A stretch of DNA of 63,231 nt, filler included, from Choristocarpus tenellus KU-1152 (Eukaryota; Protista; Phaeophyceae), in the NCBI GenBank assembly GCA_964200185.2. It is 9 parts of 9 records of this genome, joined end to end, with 100 filler letters (N's around TTAATTAATTAA, not from the genome) between each part and the next. Parts side by side here need not be neighbours in the genome. Positions count along the whole stretch, not along the records: positions 51,867 to 57,517 come from CAXNAD020010134.1; positions 57,618 to 63,231 come from CAXNAD020010247.1; 7 more parts are not named here. The stretch is one strand, 5' to 3'. Positions 53,794 to 63,231 of the stretch are shown here, in pieces. Position 1 is the first letter of the stretch. Each line of letters begins with the position of its first letter. The notes under the pieces are model-generated. The model was not told where the DNA came from. It searched no databases and was given only the letters and a program-made list of their open reading frames with translations. A program made the translations under genes and the position numbers.

Positions 53794-54434
53794 ATTATGG
53801 AGGCCGACATCGATGAACACGGCTTCAATAGTTTGTCCAATGCCTTGCAGACGACCATCCACTTCCCATCTGCACCAAATCAAGGAAATATCGAGAGATA
53901 AGTGAGGTATCACAGTCGCACAAGTGATGGACCAAATATTTGTTTGTGTAGAGAGAGACACACACACCTGTACACCACATCACCAGTCTCCTTCGTTCCA
54001 TCCAGTACCTCCATGGTAGATGGTCTGTACGGCTCTGACGTGTGCTCCCATGGGTACAGCTCTATTGGGCTGTCTTTATTGTAGGAGTTGTAAATGCGGA
54101 CTTGTAATAAGGGGTCATCAATTACATCCAACCCATCGACTTCAAATCCTTCCACAGTCGATCGTTCGACAAATTCCTCCGACGACAGTCTCACCACATC
54201 ATTTTGAGCATGAAACCCTGACCTATCTGCGATGAGGTAAACACACACGCCTAGAAGGAGTAGAACCAATGCAGGATATATCAGCGTGCCTACTGGTCCA
54301 AAACGTTGACGGCGAGTAGAATCCACGCGGAATTGCGGCGAACTTTCAATAGACCCATAACCACCGTACCGCGTCCTCATGCTACCTCCATTTGGAGAGG
54401 TTGGGTCTCCTCGACCTGAAACATTGCCCAGCAT
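53794..54434 (-). CDS. Type II membrane protein, N-terminus typical of stramenopile tyrosinase-like (PKD + di-copper) proteins; exons 54434-53968 and 53869-53794
   Basis: YGSI motif, a single TM (LIYPALVLLLLGVCVYLI), then NSY..LYPWEHTSEPYRPS..VYR|WEVDGRLQGIG..F..G.H; the catalytic domain is not seen in the window. Confidence 0.55.
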
Positions 54435-55176
54435 TTTTGAATCTTTACAAGTGAGGTTTACTCCTCTATCACCTCGTATCACCTATGTCCACAGTCTTGC
54501 CCACAAACAGGGGACTATCTTATGTCAGTGATTATTTGTTTACTTTTACACACCTTAAACAGACAATAGTGATTGGATAGGTGATTAGTAGTGCATTTTC
54601 CCTTCGGAATACCTAACAAACGAGTACACTCTGTCAACTACTCCAACATACTTCGAAGTGTAATTATTCCATTTTCCCGATCTCGAAATTCGCGACTTTC
54701 ACCATCATATAATATACTATCATTTCACAGTTTCGGCAGTCCTCAATCATCCCCCCATACATCGATGCATATGAACAAAACCAAATATGATACTAAATAA
54801 ATATATTACTCTGCAACAAACTAAACAATAAATACAAATACTCCAAAGGTCAGAATTGCATATATCCGCAAATGGAATCTGTCACATTCACTTACATCAC
54901 AATACACCACTCCAAATCTAATATCTTCTTGGTATTATAAATGGATCTTACCTTTTGTAATTAATATATATTATTCTGTCCTATGACGACCAATCATTAC
55001 GTTACTATGATATTTATATCAAATACCGTGATAGATGAAGAAATAACATATTGTAGTACATGTCATCCATGAGAACTTTCTCTCACTCCAAAACAAATAC
55101 GATATGAAATGAATAATATTGTCATCACAACAGATATATTCTATCAAAACACATCATGCGTTTTAAGTTGGAGGCA

Positions 55177-55569
55177 TATATGGTCTTGGTAGTCTCTATG
55201 ATAAGATCGGCCTTGATTAATTTTGAGGTGATGCAAGGCATCCTGATCGGTGATGCAAGGCGTCCTGATCGGTGATCAAGACATCAAATTAAAGCTGAGA
55301 TCAAATGCCTGAACCAAAGATATCCGATCGCAAATTACTTTGTGTTGAGTTAGTAAATGCTGAAAGGTTCGGTTGAATTGCCAAAAAAAATGAAAATCGC
55401 TGAAAATCATATCAAGGTTTCTTTTGCGTCTGGATTTCTTTGGCCAATCGAGTGCTTATAATATCAGCTTTAATTTGATATGCTGATCACCGATCAGGAC
55501 GCCTAGCATCACCTCGAAATTTATCAAGACCTGTGATGCTATCATAAAGGTGACTATTTAACCATATAT
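55177..55569. mobile_element. Foldback/MITE with ~110-bp imperfect inverted arms
   Basis: Left arm ATATATGG..TTGAGGTGATGCAAGGCGTCCTGATCGGTGATCA..ATCAAATTAAAGCTGA; right arm TCAGCTTTAATTTGAT..TGATCACCGATCAGGACGCCTAGCATCACCTC..CCATATAT. Confidence 0.8.
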
Positions 55570-56739
55570 TTTATTATTTAATATATATTGTACGAGACTT
55601 TCGGAACTTGACCTTCGCGCGCAGCTCACTGCAACGTAGATTGTGCACCCAGAACTCGGCACAATGGCTACGGAAGCCTCTCTGTCGAAGGACATGCTGG
55701 ATATCGTGGTGCGGTCTCTACCTCCAGGCTTCAAGTTTCACAGAAGAAGTCGAAGGAAGAAGTTGGGCAAAGCGTACGCACTGGTGATTGCCGTGTGTCG
55801 AGAGGGGGACTCGTGCTTGGTCGAGTGGACCAGTCAATCACTGCGGAACAAGAAATCAAAGAGGGGTCGCGACTAAAACGGAGAGCGTGTATTCTTTGCC
55901 AAGCTCCATGATGAGGGCTGGCTGACTGGCTGCTGTCTGATGAGCTTTTAGGCATAACAGTGGAGCTAAAATAACAATGAAGAGTGTAGTATTGCACACA
56001 GAGAGATGAGACATGGAGGATCACGATTCTTCTTCCATGAAAAAACTCGTCATGGGAAAGGAGAAACAGCCCTCCAAGCCATATACTGGAAGACGGACGG
56101 ACGGATGTCTAAATGACTTGATGTTAGTGAGGAAAATTGTCCTCTCGCTCATCCCACCACAACCAACTCCAACCTATCTAATAATGTTAGGAGTGATTGA
56201 AGGGTCACAGCAAGCTTTATTTCGACGAAAAACTCCACTCCGATCAAAAGTTAGACCAGGACAGATTCTGTCCTAGATGTGACTGCCTACACCATAGTAG
56301 AAAGAGTAATGTCGTATACCTCATAGTAAAATAGTAAATAGATTATAGAAAAATGTTTTCATATTTACAACAACTGTTGCTTTTTTAGAGGTTCTGATAT
56401 TTAATTGGCGTTTCAATGGTTATCTACAAAATGTCAAAGGCATAGCAATAAAAATATTCAATTCTTACAATTAATATTACTATAATAATTATTATTAGGC
56501 CCTCTGACATTTTCCAGATGTATCAGGGGGGGAAACAAATGAAAACTATACAAATGTCAGTGTAACCCCTAAAGAAGTAAAATATCATAATGTGAAAAAC
56601 ACTAATTTGTTATTTCACCATATCAATATTGTACTACTGCCTTCCTGTGCCTCCAATCTACCTACTCCTGCACCTCGGGGGGAGGAGCTAGGGAGACATC
56701 CCAGTAATCCAATAAACCCCTCTGTGCCCATCTCCCTAG

Positions 56740-57020
56740 TTACTCTACCTTAAAACGCGTGATACGTCTAGACAGTGCCACTTCCGTAGTCACTGAAATA
56801 ATTTGGCGTAGCCGGAATTTGACTATTCCTTTTCTACTAAATCCTCCAGTTCCTCTCCCCCCCACCATGTGAGTAGCCAGCTCATCCAGGAAGCATTCCG
56901 CTTGCTTGCCGAGGTGCCCAAAACTTTCCACTGCGAAGGTGTTGAGGTTATAACTACAAGGATCAAAGGAGCCCTCGTAGTGGGTGTGCTTTTGTGCCTC
57001 TGCTGCCACTCCGAATATCC
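56740..57020 (-). mobile_element. 3' end of CRE/R2-type non-LTR retrotransposon (restriction-like endonuclease region)
   Basis: AEAQKHTHY..SFD..YNLNTFAVESFGHLGKQAECFLDELA...RLRQIISV is the K...Y / F.VES.G..G tail of REL-domain LINEs. Confidence 0.75.
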
Positions 57021-57265
57021 TTCACACAGTTGAACCGAAGTTCTCAGAACACAACCTCAATCAGTATAACGGTATGTATCATACTATTATTATTGGGACC
57101 TGTCCCTGGGTTGAACCCCCGCCATCCCGTCTTGCTCTAGCGAACCTACTAGGACGCCATCTACCGAATCGGTTGATGGAATATCGGTGTTTGGGCCAGG
57201 TGTCTTGTTGGGCCAGGTGCTGCCTCAGGTGGGCCAGCAGTCTTGGCTTTACCCTTGTCTGGTTT

Positions 57266-57517
57266 TGTTACAGGCGCCCCTCAATGCTCACCTTCCAGGA
57301 GGTACAACTCAAATCCAACGACCTCAAAACGACGCTACGGGGGGAGTCCACAGATAATAACCACGCACGATGTCAGCTTGATGTTTAGCTCAGTCGATGT
57401 CTTGCTTTTGCTTTATCAAAAGAGGGTCGATCAAAAAGGTCTGAGGGTGTGGTGATCCGCATCAGCCTTCTATTAGCATCATCCACCAGTTTTCTACAGC
57501 CAAAGAGTTAAATGAAG
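57266..57517. mobile_element. LTR-like repeat family A, truncated at contig end
   Basis: Near-identical to 19205-19457. Confidence 0.85.
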
Positions 57518-58334
57518 NNNNNNNNNNNNNNNNNNNNNNNNNNNNNNNNNNNNNNNNNNNNTTAATTAATTAANNNNNNNNNNNNNNNNNNNNNNNNNNN
57601 NNNNNNNNNNNNNNNNNCAAATCACCCAAAAATCGAGACATGAAAAAATTGACCCCAAATGGACATCCGCCACCCCCTCCCAGATACTTTGACCCAATTC
57701 GTTGCTTTATGTGCACAATGTTGTACACAAAAATTGATGTTCCCCCTCTCCATACACAAAGAAAGTGACACCACAGTTCAGCAAAGACTGTATCTGTAAT
57801 TGTACCAAATGCCATATTTTTGTCTGTTCTTGGGATCCTTGTAACGCAACCCTGCCTACCTCTCAGTTGGTTTGACCAATAATATCCTTTGTCGCGTTTA
57901 GTTGTTTCTCTCTCGAATCTTTGACCTTTCCTTCCCATCTCCCATCTCTCCTCTTTTTAACTTGTACTTGTCCAGAATAAGATTAAAAATTACAGTAATA
58001 ATGTGTAACCGAAAGCATTCGAGACAATGGTTAATGTTTTAGTGGGTTATTTATTGACAGTTGAAGATTGAGAGTCCATGTGTCAGGGGAAAAAACAATG
58101 AAAAGCCAATGAAATATCATGAGAACCCCTGTAAAAGTGACAGTTTTCGTGGATGTGAAAGACATTATTCTTTCATCAATTTACTATTTTAATACCAGAC
58201 ATGCTACACCACTCCCCTACTATGCCTCCAACTGAGCTTAGCCCTACACCCCTGGACGAGGACCTAGGAAAGCATCACAAGAATCTGGCAGGCCCTTCCT
58301 TGCCATCTCCCTGGTGTCAGCCTCCGCCCCCTTC

Positions 58335-58798
58335 TGTTACAGCGCGCCCCCAAACTCACCTCCACAGGATGTGTAACTCAAATCCAACTACCTTAAAATG
58401 ACGCCACGCGGGGGTTCACAGATGATGACCACGTATGGTGTCAGTTGATGCTTAGCTCAGTCAATGTCTCGCTTTTCGCTTTGTCAAAAGAGGGTAAGAA
58501 TCAAAGAACTGCGTCGTGTGGTCACCACCTCAGCCTTTTATTAACATCATTCACCGTTTTTCTACAGCCAAAGAGTTAAATGAAGTCTGCAAACTGCTGC
58601 GTAAAAGCTCCAAAAATATATCTTTATTCTGAAACTTTCAGGAATTGATATCTATTCTGTAAGATTATGTATGTATTTCGAATCTTAATCTGCATCTTCT
58701 ATCAATTCAAAGTTCCTCTTATCTGAATTCTTAATTATGTATACTGTTCGCGCATTTTGGCACACAGAAAGAAATGCTCGCGCTATTCGCCTGTAACA
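58335..58798 (-). mobile_element. Full-length LTR-like unit (family A, ~464 bp) preceded on the minus strand by a PPT-like tract
   Basis: TGTTACAG...CGCCTGTAACA termini; the minus strand reads GCTGGGGGGCA|TGTTACAGGCG. Confidence 0.7.
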
Positions 58799-59551
58799 TG
58801 CCCCCCAGCGTGAACTAGCAATACATGTTTCACGTTACCACAGGCGATTGTCACCGGTGAAGGTAATAGATATCGTCAATCACCGCAGATCACATCCTGT
58901 GGCAAGGAGAAAGAAGAAAAAAATACCTGACTCTTACTAGGCCTAAACATTTATCTAGCCTAATCGGAGTATACATTTACTCTTTCTAAAGTACAGCTAC
59001 CCTAAGGTGCCAAGTATCATCTGAATATTCCTGTCTCTTGCCCCCCAAGCACGAAGCATACTGACGGCTGCTAGTGCGTTAAACAAGCAATAACATCAAC
59101 AATAGCAATAAAAAATAAAACAAAATAAAAGACTGAAGAAAGATAGAACAAAACAAGAATGTAGGGGATTAGGTACCTGTTCGGATAAAGAGGAGAGAGA
59201 AAAAAAAGGTTAAGCAAGAGATAGGGAAAAAAATGCAAAAAATGCAAAAAAACTAAAGAAAATCCAAAAATAAAAGGGAAAAAAAATCCACGGAATTAAG
59301 GGGGTCAGGTACCTGATATACACAGAAAAAATATTCAAGAACACAAAAGGATAATTTAAAAAAATCAAAACATCTTACAACAATTACTATCTGTTTTGAT
59401 GTGGGCTACTTCATGGTTCCAACTTCTGCTATCCTATGTTCCATGCAGGGACTACCTGTTTAACGCTTACCACAGGCAATAATCATTATCTGGATAGTAA
59501 ATATCCATCACCTTAGATTATGCTGCGGTGGCATGCATAATTGCCCTTTGG

Positions 59552-59769
59552 TAACATAGGGGCTTCAGTTCCGACTCTGCCAGTGGTTTCCAACATAGGG
59601 ACTCCAGTTCCAACTCTGCCAGTTGTTTCCAACATAGGGACTCCAGTTCCAACTCTACTAGTTGTTTCCAACATAGGGACTCCAGTTCCAACTCTGCCAG
59701 TTGTTTCCAACATAGGGACTCCAGTTCCAACTCTGCCAGTTGTTTCCAACATAGGGACTCCAGTTCCAA
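59552..59769. repeat. 39-bp minisatellite x~5.5
   Basis: AACATAGGGACTCCAGTTCCAACTCTGCCAGTTGTTTCC in tandem with no spacers. Confidence 0.92.
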
Positions 59770-61536
59770 ATTAACCCATGGATTCCAACAAATGATCGAC
59801 AATCCCCTCGTTTCCTTTGAGAGCGGATCCTCGAAAGTCGTAATGAGACAATACTTGAAGAGACAGGAAATAATTGGACGATACTTGGGTAGTAGAATTA
59901 GTAGAATAGTAGAGAGAGATGAGTGCCTCCTCCAGAAAACCTTCCAGCAGGGGACAACTGTATGCCTGAGGGACAAAGTCAGGTTCAGCTGGTACATGCT
60001 AGAACAAGAGATTAAAGCATTGAAAATCATAAGTAACTGAAAGTAATGTGAGACAGCAGAGGTTAAAATGAAGCTGCCCACATTAGAGCACACAGTATTA
60101 TACATTGGTCGTATAGGCTGAAGTTCTTGGAAAATATAAACACTGAACTCGCTACTTTTTTTTCCCCTCTTTTCTATTTTGTAACACTCTGTGATCTTGA
60201 ATCCTTATGTTTTTCTAATGTTATTTATTTTTAGTTCTCACCCCATCATCCCCTGATTTGTAAATTTCATTTTCTTTTCATAGTTGTTACCCTCCTTATT
60301 TACTGACTTTTTCTTTTCTTCCCTTTTACTTTTATGTTCTTAATTTATTTTATTTACTATTCAGTTTCCACTTTGCTACCCATCATCCACACATTTTTAT
60401 TATTATTTATTTTCTATTCATTGCTTATTTTATCTTTATTTCTTCTCTTATTAGTAGTGCTGTTTGTTGCTCTCATTGACTCTTCTTTATTTATTTTATT
60501 TTTGTCATTGCCTGTTTTGCGCACTAGCAGCCTTAAGTATGCTTTGTGCATGGGGGGCATAGGACAGGCAATAATCAGATGCTGTGTAGGTCATGAACAG
60601 TGTAAGACTAATCCTTGATAGCACTTACATTTATATAACCGGGAAGATTGGAACGGAAGACACACGAATTGTATGCCTAATCATAGCTATGTATTTTGTA
60701 ACTTTTGAAGGTCCAGTTCAAAGAGACAAGGTATACTCGGACTAGGCCAGGGGCAATCTAACTCTAATGTTATTCTGTGACCTTGGGAAATTTTCGCAGG
60801 GTAGACAAGGATATTTGCCGACCTGTTTTGAGGCTAGTTGGAGTTATATATACTTTTATAATAAAAGAATATACTCTTATCTGGTCAGACATATATATAT
60901 ATATATATTGATCTTGACTGTGCCTTACGACTTTTGAGGATCCGTTCTCGAAGGAAACGAGATGATTGTTGATCATTGTTGGAATCCATGGGTTAATTTG
61001 GAACTGGAGTCCTTGTGTTGGAGAAAACTGACAGAGTTGGAACTGAAGCCCCTATGTTACCAAATGACAATTATGGATGCCACCGCAGCATGATCTAAGG
61101 TGATGGATATTTATTATCCAGATAATGATTATTGCCTGTGGAAAGCATGGAACAGGTCGTCCCTGCATGGAACATAGGATAGCAAACATTAGCACCATGA
61201 AGTAACTTACATCAGAACAGATAGCAATTTATGTAAGATGTTTTCATATATTTTTTTGAATACATATATCACCCCACACTGTCCCCTCGCTCTCTCTGTG
61301 CGTTGGTAGATTCAGAACTAGCGTGTAATCCCCCCTCACATAATGAACCGAGTCTAGGTGTAGCACAAATGTTACTTCAGAGAACAGTTGATGCCACACT
61401 CTCAGGAATACTGTCAGCTCTGCAAGATTGCCACGTGGGACCTGATAATCGAGACTTAGGCGTTAGAGGTTGGTTACCACTCAGTAGTTCCCAGAATCAA
61501 AGTATGCCAGTGTGTAAACCCCCTTCCTATGGTTAG

Positions 61537-61986
61537 ATGACCCCAGATAAAACACCTAGGGTAGACCCGACACACACCCCACAGCAACTCCTTCCCCCGC
61601 TTAACGCCTCTGACACTTTTGGTTGGCAACCTTTAGACTCTACCCTCGAAGACAGGGTAGAAATAAAAGGAAAAGCAGGAGAAGAGAAGCCACTACAGTT
61701 AGATGTCTTCCATGCCCTATGGGACCTCTATAATCCAGACACGAGCCCACGCCCTACTGACACCTCCCGCCAAGGAAACTCCTTGTCTAGAGAGGATGCA
61801 TTACGCCTTTTCCCCACAGGTACTACTGTCAAGAAGTCATGGAAAGACAAGAAGGGAAAGGATAAGTGGTACATAGGTACAGTTTTTGACTTCAAGCCAC
61901 CCTACTGGAGGGTACGGTTTAATGACGGAGATTTGGAAGAAATGATGAACAAAAGTGAAATGAGTCGTCGTTTCTCCGGAAAATAA
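61537..61986 (+). CDS. Tudor-like domain ORF, probably the C-terminus of a retroelement polyprotein
   Basis: LFPTGTTVKKSWKD..WYIGTVFDFKPPYWRVRFNDGDLEEM matches the Tudor-like G..V.K.F..G.V..y..pyy.V.yeDGD.Eel pattern; the upstream 61303-61536 ORF is in the same frame, separated by one TAG. Confidence 0.55.
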   Translation: MTPDKTPRVDPTHTPQQLLPPLNASDTFGWQPLDSTLEDRVEIKGKAGEEKPLQLDVFHALWDLYNPDTSPRPTDTSRQGNSLSREDALRLFPTGTTVKKSWKDKKGKDKWYIGTVFDFKPPYWRVRFNDGDLEEMMNKSEMSRRFSGK

Positions 61987-63231
61987 TCCAACAGGTAACC
62001 ACTACGCATCCAGAAGGCAAGATACGTGAGAACTAACCGATTTATGGACTGACGTTGATGTTATGGCCTGTTTTACGCACTAGCAGCTGTCAGTATGCTT
62101 CATGCTGGGGGGCATGAGACAGGCAATAATCAGACGATACTTGGCACTCTAGGAAAGCTGTACCTTAGAGAGAATGAATATATCCTCAGAATTAGGCTAG
62201 ACGCAGACAGATTTCCCCAAGGAGGATAAGGATACATGTTTAGGCCTAGTAGAGGTTTGGCATATTTTTCTGCCCTTCCTTCTCCCTGCTACAGGATGAT
62301 TTGAGGCGATTAATGATGTCTATTGTCTTCACCAGTAACAATCACTTGTAGTAAATGCTGTTATATAGGATACATTCTTCTTCTGTTTTATCTTTGGATT
62401 TTCTTATTTTCTCCATTTTGTTATCCTGAAGTCCCAGCCCAAAAGAACAGGCATATTTAGATTAGGCAGACACAATTTGAATAAGAGTACATCCTATGAC
62501 CTTGTGGATGGACTCTTTTCAAAAGAATTGTGGAGATGAATCATATTTATGATTAAGGTGATGGGAACTGGGGTCCCATTCATTTTAGGCCATGTCAGAG
62601 ATGTATACTTTGCAATTTTTGAAGATGTTTTAAAAAGAGCAAGTACACACTCAGACTAGCCGAGATGCAAATTATATTCTGTGCCTCTTAAGATAAATTA
62701 TCCCAAGAAAAACATGGATATGTATTGATCGATTCTGGACCTAGTTGAAGTTATATATTTTTAACAAAAATATGTACTCTGATTAGCCCAGATATTTATT
62801 GATTTCGACTGTGTCTTGAGACTTTTGAGGAAATATTCTCAAGAAGAAACTGGGAGATACGTCAAATCATTGGTTGGAACTATCTGGAATTTGGAACCGA
62901 GGTCCCAGGGTTGGAAACAACTGACAAGTTGGAACTGGAGCCCCTCTTTTGTGTGATGGCAACTAACTCATGCTGCTACAGCGTGATCTGAGGTGACAGT
63001 TAATATCTAGTGTCTTAACTGGTGACAATCGCCTGTAGTAAGCGTGAAACATGTATACCTAGTTCACGCTGGGGGGCATGTCACAGGCAAATAGCGCGAG
63101 TATTGACTCAAAGTATCTGGGAGGGGGTGGCAGCAGCAGCAGTTACACAGTAAACGCCACGAACACGTACGCTTGCGTACTTGAGTAGTGGTTGGTTGCC
63201 GTTGTTTTATTTTCGCGCTGACAACGACCAC

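Larger units (their letters stand above)
58799..63100. mobile_element. Nest of non-coding retroelement-like modules in inverted orientation
   Basis: About 59370-59835 is inverted at 60920-61245; 58840-59085 is inverted at 62075-62355; 58780-58860 is inverted at 63015-63100. Confidence 0.7.

Noticed and set aside
55664-55876. Short ATG-initiated ORF divergent from the tyrosinase-like gene
   Set aside because: No recognisable domain or clear splice continuation.
59552-59769. CRISPR-like periodic 39-bp repeat
   Set aside because: Units are head-to-tail with no unique spacers and no cas genes, in a eukaryotic context. The same applies to 51127-51302 and 30055-30272.

Overview
This is eukaryotic nuclear DNA, most consistent with a brown alga or close photosynthetic stramenopile relative. 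Evidence: GT-AG introns, two bipartite plastid presequences with an ASAFAP-type cleavage site, an LNR+Pmp repeat gene, and RTE/CRE LINE types I recognise from Phaeophyceae. It is not one locus. Nine short contigs are joined by eight artificial 100-nt spacers (N44-TTAATTAATTAA-N44), so nothing can be inferred across the joins, and most contigs break inside the same two repeat families. Host genes supported by splice-consistent exons: a complete 3-exon plastid triose-phosphate/phosphate translocator (22223-24332, -); PIG-C/GPI2 (5' three exons, -) head-to-head with a plastid-targeted HeH/SAP-like protein; a probable Nup153/Nup1-like basket nucleoporin (5' part); a type-II membrane tyrosinase-like 5' end; a frameshifted LNR/Pmp-repeat gene cut by an LTR-like insertion; and several hypothetical exons. 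Much of the rest is transposon debris: a DD39D-type mariner, an RTE LINE, a CRE-like LINE tail, a ~180-bp MITE family, TG..CA LTR-like elements, and a nest of inverted PPT/LTR modules around a Tudor-like ORF. There is also a decayed 28S rDNA fragment and interstitial telomere-like repeats. No prokaryote-style operon or CRISPR system is present. All family calls come from motif recognition by eye, not database searches.
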